Below, piece by piece: positions 49,244-58,283 of a stretch of DNA of 64,000 bases. Position 1 is the first letter of the stretch; every line of letters begins with the position of its first letter. Source of the stretch: Paracoccaceae bacterium (GTDB lineage Bacteria; Pseudomonadota; Alphaproteobacteria; Rhodobacterales; Rhodobacteraceae); contig JBJLGD010000036.1 of assembly GCA_045565015.1 (NCBI GenBank), positions 82-64,081 of the forward strand. Direction: 5' to 3'. The translations under genes were made by a program, and so were the position numbers. The notes below the pieces were generated by a model, which searched no databases, was not told where the DNA came from, and saw nothing but the letters and a program-made list of their open reading frames with translations.

Positions 49244-51474
49244 CTATACTAAATGTGGTAAAATAACAACAACTTCTGTACCAGCGTTTAAGGGGTCGTT
49301 AATCGGATTAGATTTTAGTAATTCAATTGTACCTCCGTGCTGCTCTATAATGTTTTTGACGATAGATAGTCCGAGACCAGTGCCACCTTTACGTGTTGTT
49401 ACATATGGCTCGAATAAACTGATATGGTTCTCAGGTAATCCTATACCATTATCTTTTATAGAAATTCTAATAGTGTCATCTAACCTTTCAATCCTTAAAA
49501 TGATTCTGCCTGAAAAGGAGCTGTCCTTAATCTCGTTAGCTTCAATAAACGTATCTATTGCTTCGCCAGCATTTTTTATTAAGTTTGTAAACACCTGCCC
49601 CATCATTGTGAGGTCAAAAAAGCCTAAGACAAGTTCTTTATTTCTTTTGAAATAAATTTCCTTATCTGGCATAGCACTTTGCTGCAACAAGACTATATCA
49701 TTTACTAGTTCTAACAAATCAATTTTACGTTTCTCTGGCTCCGGCATTCGCGCAAACTTAGAGAAATCATCTACGATACGTTGTATATCATTTGTTTGCC
49801 TAATTATCATATCAGTATATGGCTTTAACGTATTATCATTTTCAGGTACCAAAGGGCGCAGTTTTTTATATAAACGCTCAGCTGATAACTTTATCGGAGT
49901 AAGCGGATTTTTAATTTCGTGCGCAATCCGACGAGCAACATCTCCCCATGCCGCCATTTTTTGTGCACTAACAAGTTCACTTACATCGTCAAATACTACA
50001 ACAAATCCGTCAATTGAGCCCAATTGATTAACTCTAGCTCGGATTCTGACCAGTAATATCTCTAATTTTCCACGACGGATAACCTTTACTTCACTATAAA
50101 CTTCACTTTTAATTGAAGTGTTAATTTTTTTGAGAAAATCTGCAAACTCTGGGACTAAGGTCTCTAGGTCTAAACCCAAAGCTTCTTCCTCAGTCATATC
50201 CAACAGCGATATTGCGGATTTATTAATAAAAGTTATTTTTCCATTTGGCAGAATACCAATAACACCAGTAGAAACGGAGGATAAAACAGAGTCAAATAAA
50301 ATTTTTCGTTGCTCTATTTGGTCTGTTTTTCCTAATAATTCCCCTCTTTGTATTTCAAGCTTCGATGTCATTTGATTAAAAGACCGTGCTAGGACTGAGA
50401 GCTCATCGTTTCCTTTGGTTTCTAAAACCCTAATACTTAAATCGCCTAAACCTATTTTTTTTGATGCATCTGCTAAATTGCCAATTTGTTTGGAAAGTCT
50501 CTCTGCAAACCAAAACCCTGCCCAAGTTGCCGCTAAAATCAATATTAAAGCAAAACCCAAATACAAAATACCAAATTCAAACAATAGTTTACCTCTATCA
50601 TTTTCTAACTGCCTGTAGAATTGAACCGTAGTTTTTGTATCGTCTAAAAGTTGAAGAAAATTTCCATCAACATTTCTGCTCACATATAAGTACCGATTGG
50701 GAAACTTTTTTAGGTTTACCAGTACTCTTAGTTCGTTGTTTTTCCAGTCCTCAATTAAAACCGTTTCGCCTGCTGCAGCTAATTTAAGCTGATGAGTTGT
50801 TAAATCATCAAGTCAAAAAGATAACTTCTCTCGCCTCTAGCTCGAATTTCTCCAGAACCATCAATAATAAATGCCTCTTTTAAACCACGTTGTATTTTCT
50901 CTTGGTCTCTCGATAGAATTGCACGCAAATCAGAGTCTCCCAGTAATCTGTTGGATTGTTTTGCATCGTTAATATAGCCAGTAAGGATCTTTACGTCTGC
51001 AATAAGGCTATTTTCTTTCTCTAAATGATATGCCTCTGCAGCGGAGAGAGAACTCCCAAGCGCTAGCCGAACTTTTTCAGAGAACCAACCTTCCAAACCG
51101 AAATTAAGCGTTATAATGGCGAAAATCGCAACCAATACGGCGGGGATTAAAGCAATTATTGAAAAAATTCCTGCTAATCTTAAATGTAGTTGCGCACCAC
51201 TGGCTGTTTGTCTTCGTTGAGACATTAGCCTTAAAATTCGCCTCACAATGGCTGTAGCTATAATTAAGATATAGGAAACATCTAGTAAAATTAATAGTCT
51301 CAGTCCTTCTGAAGAGGGGTTAAAATTTAAAGGTCCCATTCCCAGATATGTTAAAACTGCTAGTATAGGTCCGAGCGAGACTAAAAAAAATACAAACATA
51401 TTTCGTAATTTTCGATTAACAAAAGTTCTTCGAAAAAAAGTTTCATTCGATCTGTTAGAAAAACTATGTTCCAT
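49244..51474 (-). pseudogene. ntrY: sensor histidine kinase NtrY, one frameshift
   Basis: N-terminal membrane part 50800-51474. The HAMP-PAS-HisKA (IAHEIKNPLTPI)-HATPase part is 49244-50683. The gap 50684-50799 is open in the downstream frame (LTTHQLKLAAAGETVLIEDWKNNELRVLVNLKKFPNRYLYV). The frames join if one base is added to the A3 run 50802-50804. Confidence 0.8.
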
Positions 51475-51526
51475 TTATCTTTTTCAAAACAACTTATAGT
51501 TACAAAAGCACTCTTGAGTGAGACTC

Positions 51527-52900
51527 TTAACCAATAATTTGACCTTTTGTTATATTTATTTTTTGTTCAAATATTTTTTTTCTTAAAGTATTCCTGTTAA
51601 TTCCAAGCATTTTTGCACATCTGGCTTGGTTTCCAGACGCAAATTTAAGGGATAGCTCTAAAAGTGGGCCTTCAATTTCTTTAATAACTCGATCATATAA
51701 ATTAGCTTGAGGCATAACTGAACCATGAAGATCAAAGTAACGGATAAGATACGAGCTGAACATTTTGTTTAAATTTTTTTCCTCTAATCTTGTATTGTCT
51801 ATTCCAATGTTTGGCTGACTTGACAAAGCCAGCGCTACATCTCTTTCAGATATTGTATTATTCTCACAAGTATACATTAAACCTTTTATAAAATTTTTAA
51901 ACTGTCTTGTATTTCCAGGCCAAGTATAACCCCTAAGTTTATCGATAACAGATTTGGATAAAACTACTTTAGAAGTGCTAGTATCAGAATCTAATGAGAT
52001 GAAATATCGTGCTAGTAATTCTATGTCTTCTGTTATTTCTCGCAAAGGTGGAACAAGAATAGAAATTCCGTTGAGCCTGTAAAACAAATCTTTTCTAAAA
52101 ATATCTTTTTGCATTAAATCTTCTAAATTACGTTGAGAAGTACTTAAAATTTTTGGCTTTCCCCCTTTAAATTCATCTAAAGCTTGAACTATCAGGGACT
52201 GAGCATCTTGCGAAAGGTCAGCCACTTCATCCAGTAGGACCGTTCCGATATTGTCATCATGGAAAAAAGATGAAATATTTTCTATCTTATTCAATTCTTT
52301 AGCATGTATGGTTTTAAATGAATGGTTTTTCAAGTCAGAGAAATTATGAATCATGTTAGCAATTAGACTTTTACCCACACCACTTTCACCTAAAATTAAT
52401 ATTGGTAGTTCAATGTTAATTACTTTGGCGATCTTTTTATAAAGCGATTGCATTTTTATAGATTGCCCAACTAATGGGATATCTAACTCCATTTCTGGAA
52501 CATCTTGAACTTCTAAATCATTAATATCATTTTTCAAAATATTAGAAACTATTTTTAAAATATCAGGTAAATTGAAAGGCTTTGGGAAATAGTCATACGC
52601 CTTGGATCTAGAAGCCTCGACAGCTATTTTCACATTACTTTGAGCAGAAATAATAATCACAGGTAAATTTGGCCTTATCGAATAAATAGTTTCAAGAGCT
52701 TCCAAACCGTTACCATCAGGCATAAATATATCTGAAATTACTACGTCTCCCTTACCTTCTCCAACCCACCGTATTAAAGTGGTCAAAGAGGCAGTTGCAT
52801 GAACCTTACAACCAGCTCTAGTGAAAGCTTGCACTAAAACTGTACGTATTGTTTTATCGTCATCAGCAATTAAAATAGTACCTTCCATCTTATTTATCAT
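51527..52900 (-). CDS. ntrC: nitrogen-regulation response regulator NtrC (atypical AAA+ domain)
   Basis: 457 aa. Receiver domain (ILIADDD ... ISDIFMPDGNG), AAA+ domain (GESGVGKS, VLLDE, WPGNTRQF) and C-terminal Fis-type HTH (ARCAKMLGINRNTLRKKI). Position between ntrB and ntrY. Confidence 0.75.
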   Translation of the reverse strand: MINKMEGTILIADDDKTIRTVLVQAFTRAGCKVHATASLTTLIRWVGEGKGDVVISDIFMPDGNGLEALETIYSIRPNLPVIIISAQSNVKIAVEASRSKAYDYFPKPFNLPDILKIVSNILKNDINDLEVQDVPEMELDIPLVGQSIKMQSLYKKIAKVINIELPILILGESGVGKSLIANMIHNFSDLKNHSFKTIHAKELNKIENISSFFHDDNIGTVLLDEVADLSQDAQSLIVQALDEFKGGKPKILSTSQRNLEDLMQKDIFRKDLFYRLNGISILVPPLREITEDIELLARYFISLDSDTSTSKVVLSKSVIDKLRGYTWPGNTRQFKNFIKGLMYTCENNTISERDVALALSSQPNIGIDNTRLEEKNLNKMFSSYLIRYFDLHGSVMPQANLYDRVIKEIEGPLLELSLKFASGNQARCAKMLGINRNTLRKKIFEQKINITKGQIIG

Positions 52901-53963
52901 CCCTCTGTGTAATGGGTAGAGATATTCTAATAACCGTATCTCCAGGGTTCGACTTTATACTTATCCAACCATTGTGCTCTCTTATTATTCGTGAAACTAG
53001 CGCTAGTCCTAAACCACTTCCATTAGTTTTACTCGAAACAAACGGCTGAAAAGCTTTAGCCAATATTTTTTTTGAAAACCCTTTACCATTATCACGTATT
53101 TCAATATTTAATGGTGTCGGTATACTTTCTCCTGTTTTGTTTTTTATATTCATCAAATTTTCATAAAAAGTGCGTACTTCGATAATAACTGAACCATTTT
53201 CTGACGCTTCAACGGAATTTTTAAATATATTCAAAAAAGTTTGTAATAAAAGGTCAAAATCTCCAAGAACATTAGGAAGCGATGGATCATATTTTTCTTT
53301 TATAACTACGTTAGACGCAAAACCATAAGTTGCGATTTTTCTAGCTCTATCTAAAATTAAATGTATATTTTCCGGCTTTTTAGATATTGGTTTAAATTTT
53401 CCAAATTGCCCCACATGACTTAAGGTTTCTTCTATTCTTCTGGACTCTTCAACTATCAAGTCTATCAGTTTATTATCTTTTTTAGATAAATTCATACTTA
53501 GTAATTGAGCAGCACCAATAATTCCTGCAAGTGGATTCTTTATTTCATGGGAAAGCATTTCCACAAGACCAATCGTTGGATGACTTGCCTCCAAGCTGTC
53601 AAACACTTTTTCAGTAAGATCGTCAATTTCTCTTACATCCAATCCAACTAAAATAAAATCTGTAGTATCAGTCAATATCGATAACTGAAGATTACACTGT
53701 ATATTCGAACGCCCTACAATTTCGATGTTAATATTACTTATGTAAGCGTTTGTTTGTGAGTCCCTAACTGCTAGTAAAGACTCTGTTAAAAGGTTATTCA
53801 TTCCCAACCTACTACTAAAGTGAGACCCTTTAATATTTCGATTTGATACATTGAATAATGACTCAGCAGCAGGGTTAATCGCAAAAATAAAATCTTTTTC
53901 ATCAATTAAAATTAGAGGATTAGGGATAGTTGACCAAATTTTATCTAGAAACATCTCAAACAT
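52890..53963 (-). CDS. ntrB: nitrogen-regulation sensor histidine kinase NtrB
   Basis: 357 aa with an N-terminal PAS-like region, H-box LSHEIKNPLAGI, and HATPase motifs (RDNGKGF, GSGLGLA). It overlaps ntrC by 11 nt and dusB by 8 nt. Confidence 0.75.
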   Translation of the reverse strand: MFEMFLDKIWSTIPNPLILIDEKDFIFAINPAAESLFNVSNRNIKGSHFSSRLGMNNLLTESLLAVRDSQTNAYISNINIEIVGRSNIQCNLQLSILTDTTDFILVGLDVREIDDLTEKVFDSLEASHPTIGLVEMLSHEIKNPLAGIIGAAQLLSMNLSKKDNKLIDLIVEESRRIEETLSHVGQFGKFKPISKKPENIHLILDRARKIATYGFASNVVIKEKYDPSLPNVLGDFDLLLQTFLNIFKNSVEASENGSVIIEVRTFYENLMNIKNKTGESIPTPLNIEIRDNGKGFSKKILAKAFQPFVSSKTNGSGLGLALVSRIIREHNGWISIKSNPGDTVIRISLPITQRDDK

Positions 53964-54978
53964 TTAAATCTATGTATTTAAAGTTACTAAGCTTTAGTAT
54001 CATTGACTTAATATGACTATTACATGCGGTAGTTAATATTTCATGCTTAAAATTAGCCGAAATATCAAAATTTTTCATATACCAATTTAAATGTTTTCTA
54101 GCCAATCTCATACCAAGATCTTTACCATAAAATAACAATATACTTTCGTAATGTTCTAAAATTAAATTAATTTTTTCAACTATGGACATATTATAATTAA
54201 TGTTTTGATTTGAAACAGAACTAAAAATATTACGTAATATCCATGGCTTTCCACGCGCACCTCTACCTACCATAAATCCATTCGCTTTAGAATTTAAAAG
54301 AGCTGCTCTCGCAGAATTAGAACAGATTATATCACCATTTATCACGACAGGGATTTTAGTTGCCTCAGATATATCTGAAACCTCCGACCATTCCGCCCTA
54401 TAATTAAAAAATTGACACCTTGTTCTCGCATGTATTGTAATTAACTTTATGCCACCTTCTTCAGCTATTTTAGCTAGGAGAGAAGCATTCTTACTAAGTT
54501 GATCCCAACCGAGCCGCATTTTCAGCGTTACCGGAACATCAACACTTTCAACCACGCTATCAATAATCGTTTTTACTAAATCTGGATTTTTCATTAAGGC
54601 TGCTCCAGCTTCTCCCCTGTTAACTCTCTTTGAAGGACACCCCATATTGATATCCACAGCGCGAGAACCGATAGAGACTACATACTTAGCAGATTCAGAA
54701 AGCCAATATGGATCACATCCGGCCAGTTGCACAATTGAGTTTTTAGGATCACTTACAAGTTTCAATTTTTTTGACCAGCTCGGCAAATCAGACATAACTG
54801 CCTTACTTGCAATCATCTCACTTACGATATTACCTACCCCAAGGCTTGATACTAGTTCACGAAAAGGTAAGTCAGAGATACCAGCCATAGGCGCTAAATA
54901 CACCAGCGGTGAATTATTTTGTGCTTTTTTATTAGGCAAACGTTTAATCCTTAACCTATTAATTCTCATATAATTCAA
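53956..54978 (-). CDS. dusB: tRNA-dihydrouridine synthase B
   Basis: 340 aa with LAPMAGISDLPFR, DINMGCP and TIHARTR motifs of Dus enzymes. Confidence 0.85.
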   Translation of the reverse strand: MNYMRINRLRIKRLPNKKAQNNSPLVYLAPMAGISDLPFRELVSSLGVGNIVSEMIASKAVMSDLPSWSKKLKLVSDPKNSIVQLAGCDPYWLSESAKYVVSIGSRAVDINMGCPSKRVNRGEAGAALMKNPDLVKTIIDSVVESVDVPVTLKMRLGWDQLSKNASLLAKIAEEGGIKLITIHARTRCQFFNYRAEWSEVSDISEATKIPVVINGDIICSNSARAALLNSKANGFMVGRGARGKPWILRNIFSSVSNQNINYNMSIVEKINLILEHYESILLFYGKDLGMRLARKHLNWYMKNFDISANFKHEILTTACNSHIKSMILKLSNFKYIDLNV

Positions 54979-55067
54979 TTATAATTTATGCAACAGAAAT
55001 AAAACATAACCTTATTTTCTGAATACGGTTCTAATTGTATCCATTTACCAACTTGATATAATAAGTC

Positions 55068-55739
55068 ATGGAAAACGATAAAAAAATAGCAGTTGTTATA
55101 GTGGCTGGAGGTACTGGTGATAGAGTTGGTGGTAAGGTAAACAAGCAATGGAAAATAATTTCGGGGAAACCTGTATTAGACTGGACAATTTCTAAATTTA
55201 AAAATCACTCCAGAATAAGTCAAATAATATTAGTGTTAAAAAATGCTGATCAATTCAAAGATTATAAGAAAACTTTGGAAATCCTTAAGATAGTTCCTTC
55301 AGGAACTACACGAACTAAATCTGTGTTAAATGGTTTACTGGCAGTTTCCAAGGATACTTCATATGTATTGATCCATGATGCCGCTAGGCCTTGTGTAAGC
55401 AAAACACTTATTTCAAGGGTTATAAGTGAGTTAGAGTTTTCTGATGCCGTGATACCTGTAATGGAAATAACCGACTCCCTATGGAGAATAACTTCTGAAA
55501 AAGAAAACTTTAAAGAACCTTGCATACGCGAAAACTTTAGAACCACCCAGACACCTCAAGGTTTTAATTACAAAAAAATTCTTGATGCTCACAAAAAAAA
55601 TGAAACTTCCACAACGGATGATACAGCACTAGCTATTAAATCAAATATGAGTATTACTACGGTTGAGGGGGATTTAAAGAATATTAAAATTACCTTTCAA
55701 TCGGATTTTGAGTTAGCTAAAATGTTTTTGGAGAATTAA
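55068..55739 (+). CDS. ispD: 2-C-methyl-D-erythritol 4-phosphate cytidylyltransferase
   Basis: 223 aa with IVAGGTGDRVGG, IHDAARP and TQTPQGF motifs. Confidence 0.85.
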   Translation: MENDKKIAVVIVAGGTGDRVGGKVNKQWKIISGKPVLDWTISKFKNHSRISQIILVLKNADQFKDYKKTLEILKIVPSGTTRTKSVLNGLLAVSKDTSYVLIHDAARPCVSKTLISRVISELEFSDAVIPVMEITDSLWRITSEKENFKEPCIRENFRTTQTPQGFNYKKILDAHKKNETSTTDDTALAIKSNMSITTVEGDLKNIKITFQSDFELAKMFLEN

Positions 55740-56222
55740 TTGGATTTTCGATTTGGACATGGGTTTGATGTACATCGGTTTATAGCTGGAGATTTTATTG
55801 TTTTATGTGGCTTAAAAATAGCCTTCCCAAAGAGTTTATTAGGGCATTCTGATGCAGATGTGGGGCTACATAGTATAACCGACGCCCTATATGGCGCTGT
55901 TGGGTGTGGTGATATAGGTCTTCATTTCCCATCAAGTGATAAAAGTTGGCAAAATGCTGATAGTAGAATTTTTATAAAACACGCCCAAAAGATCGTTCAA
56001 GAAAAAGGGTACGAAGTTTCAAATATCGATGTTACATTTATTTGCGAAGCTCCAAAGATTAACCAGTACAGAGACGAGATGGAGAAAAAACTTTCTGAAA
56101 TATTAAAAATTGAACTAAATCGGATAAATATAAAAGCTACTACAAGTGAGGGTTTAGGGTTCACCGGCAGAAAAGAGGGGATCGCGTGTCTTACCACTTT
56201 AGGTTTAATATCAAAGTGTTAG
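55740..56222 (+). CDS. ispF: 2-C-methyl-D-erythritol 2,4-cyclodiphosphate synthase
   Basis: 160 aa with FGHGFDVHRF, GHSDADV and TTSEGLGFTGR motifs. A TTG start directly follows the ispD TAA, in the same frame, with GGAG 6 nt upstream. Confidence 0.85.
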   Translation: MDFRFGHGFDVHRFIAGDFIVLCGLKIAFPKSLLGHSDADVGLHSITDALYGAVGCGDIGLHFPSSDKSWQNADSRIFIKHAQKIVQEKGYEVSNIDVTFICEAPKINQYRDEMEKKLSEILKIELNRINIKATTSEGLGFTGRKEGIACLTTLGLISKC

Positions 56223-56698
56223 AATCCTTTATAACTGTGTTTTTCATTGGCTACATAAAAGTTGCTCCTGGTACCTTTGGATCACTGATTGGCGTCATAT
56301 TAACGATAGCGATATGTTTAAATGCTGGTCCTTACTTGTTTTTTGTAATCATATTGGTTTTAGCTTTACTAGGAACAATCGCAATACATCACTCAACAAA
56401 GAAAATTAAAAACAAAGATCGTAAGGAAATAGTCATTGATGAAGTAGTTGGACAATTAATTAGCTTGCTTCCAATATCTTTAATGGCTTACACACACGAT
56501 TTAGACCTATATGATTTATGGCCATTTATTTTTTTTGGTTTTTTAAGCTTTCGTTTTTTTGATATCTTTAAGTTTGGTCCCGTAAAGCAGGCTGATAATC
56601 GTAATGATGCGATAGGCGTTATGCTTGATGATGTGTACGCCGGAGTTGTTTCAGCTCTTTTATTAATGGCTTTGATGGTGATCATTTATGGATATTAG
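56186..56698 (+). CDS. pgpA: phosphatidylglycerophosphatase A
   Basis: Contains the APGTFGSLIG motif, hydrophobic helices and MLDDVYAG. The real start is probably GTG 56216 (VLESFIT...), which overlaps the ispF stop by 7 nt. Confidence 0.7.
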   Translation: MSYHFRFNIKVLESFITVFFIGYIKVAPGTFGSLIGVILTIAICLNAGPYLFFVIILVLALLGTIAIHHSTKKIKNKDRKEIVIDEVVGQLISLLPISLMAYTHDLDLYDLWPFIFFGFLSFRFFDIFKFGPVKQADNRNDAIGVMLDDVYAGVVSALLLMALMVIIYGY

Positions 56699-57164
56699 TC
56701 CGAAGCAAATAATTAATTTAGCGTTAAAAAAACAGTTTAGAATATCTATAGCCGAAAGCTGCACAGGTGGTCTATTAACTGCCTCCCTAACGGAAATACC
56801 AGGTTCCTCAGAGGTTATTGATAGAGGTTACGTAACCTATTCTAATCAATCTAAATTAGATTTATTAAACGTCAAAAAAAGTACTTTATATCAACACGGG
56901 GCCGTTTCAGCTGAAACGGCTAAAGAAATGGCTCTCGGAGCGCTTGAAAAGTCTGACTCTCAGCTGAGTATTTCAATTACTGGTGTTGCTGGACCAAGTC
57001 ACTCTGAACAAAAGGAAGTTGGATTAGTATATTTTGGTTGGGCAGGTATCCATGTCCTAACCGATTCTGAGCATGTGAATTTTGGGAACTTAGGCCGAGA
57101 AATTATTAGACTTAAGTCAGTTGAATACGCTATACACATTTTATATCGAATTTTAAAAATTTAA
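56688..57164 (+). CDS. pncC: CinA-family nicotinamide-nucleotide amidohydrolase (PncC domain)
   Basis: 158 aa with IAESCTGGLL and GVAGP motifs of the CinA C-terminal domain. Confidence 0.8.
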   Translation: MDISPKQIINLALKKQFRISIAESCTGGLLTASLTEIPGSSEVIDRGYVTYSNQSKLDLLNVKKSTLYQHGAVSAETAKEMALGALEKSDSQLSISITGVAGPSHSEQKEVGLVYFGWAGIHVLTDSEHVNFGNLGREIIRLKSVEYAIHILYRILKI

Positions 57165-57264
57165 TATTTAATTTTTTGACTTAATAAAGTTATGTTCCAG
57201 ATAAGAAATGTTTGTTTTATTTTAAAGTAGTTGATACAATATTATCCTTGGGAAAAAAATAAAC

Positions 57265-58062
57265 ATGAGACACTCAACATCAATAATTCCACAATTTTTT
57301 GTAACTGCTTCTCAAGAGTGTCCATATTTAGAGCACCAAAACGAACGAAAGCTTTTCACTCCAATTATTAAAAAAAATGGTGATTTGATAAATAACACAT
57401 TGAGCAAACAGGGCTTTAGAAGATCACAAAATGTTTTGTATAGGCCTGCTTGTACAGACTGCGTTGCGTGTTTATCTGCGAGAATTTCAACAAAAAAGTT
57501 TATAATTTCACGTAGTCAAAAACGATTACTGAAATCCAATAAATATATTTTTAGAGAATACAGTCAACCCAAAGCTAATATGGAACAATTTAATCTTTTT
57601 ACGAAATATATCGACACTAGACATAAGGAAGGAGGCATGTCCGGCATGGACTACTCGGAGTATAAATCAATGGTTGAAGAGACTTACGTAAATACTCGTC
57701 TGATGCATTACAGAAATAAAGAGGGAGAACTTTTGGGAATCTGCTTAACAGATATATTGGATGACGGCTTATCCATGGTATATTCATTCTATAACCCCTG
57801 TACAAAGTATAAAAGTTTAGGAACATACATGATACTAGACCACATAAAATTTGCTCAAGAAACTAAACAAGATTATGTTTATTTAGGTTACTGGGTAAAA
57901 GGATCTTTAAAAATGAATTATAAAGCATCTTTTTCCGGAACAGAAGTATTTGCTAAAAAAAATTGGGTCCCATTAAAAACGTTTAGTAATAAAGTTGGAG
58001 AACAGAATATTTCGACTGTAGACCCTGTGTCAAAACAAATTTCACAAATTAAGTTTGAATAA
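57265..58062 (+). CDS. bpt: arginyltransferase-family aspartate/glutamate leucyltransferase (Bpt)
   Basis: 265 aa with the N-terminal ECPYLEHQNER, CTDCVAC and LGYWV blocks of ATE/Bpt proteins. Confidence 0.8.
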   Translation: MRHSTSIIPQFFVTASQECPYLEHQNERKLFTPIIKKNGDLINNTLSKQGFRRSQNVLYRPACTDCVACLSARISTKKFIISRSQKRLLKSNKYIFREYSQPKANMEQFNLFTKYIDTRHKEGGMSGMDYSEYKSMVEETYVNTRLMHYRNKEGELLGICLTDILDDGLSMVYSFYNPCTKYKSLGTYMILDHIKFAQETKQDYVYLGYWVKGSLKMNYKASFSGTEVFAKKNWVPLKTFSNKVGEQNISTVDPVSKQISQIKFE

Positions 58063-58205
58063 TTGATATTTATTACCAAGTCTTATTAAAAATACTATTT
58101 TAATATTTTTCATAGTTACTTTTATATTTTGTAAAGAAAAAGGACAAATAATGAAATAAAAGTTCATTATTTATGATTTTTTTAACATTATATTAAAATT
58201 CTATA

Positions 58206-58234
58206 TTGACGGTAGGTAGTTGGAACTTTAATAA
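58206..58234 (+). promoter_or_regulatory. candidate sigma-70 promoter for ilvIH
   Basis: TTGACG (58206-58211), a 17-nt spacer, then TAATAA (58229-58234), about 50 nt upstream of the ilvI ATG. This is pattern match only, in AT-rich DNA. Confidence 0.25.
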
Positions 58235-58283
58235 CTTTCATAAAAATACTAACTTATAAATCTTATTTTCAGTGGAGAATAAT

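Noticed and set aside
58151-58159. Mini-ORF ATG AAA TAA in the 209-bp ilvI leader, considered as a leader peptide or attenuator.
   Set aside because: It has only two codons and no branched-chain amino-acid codons. No alternative terminator or antiterminator hairpins are visible.
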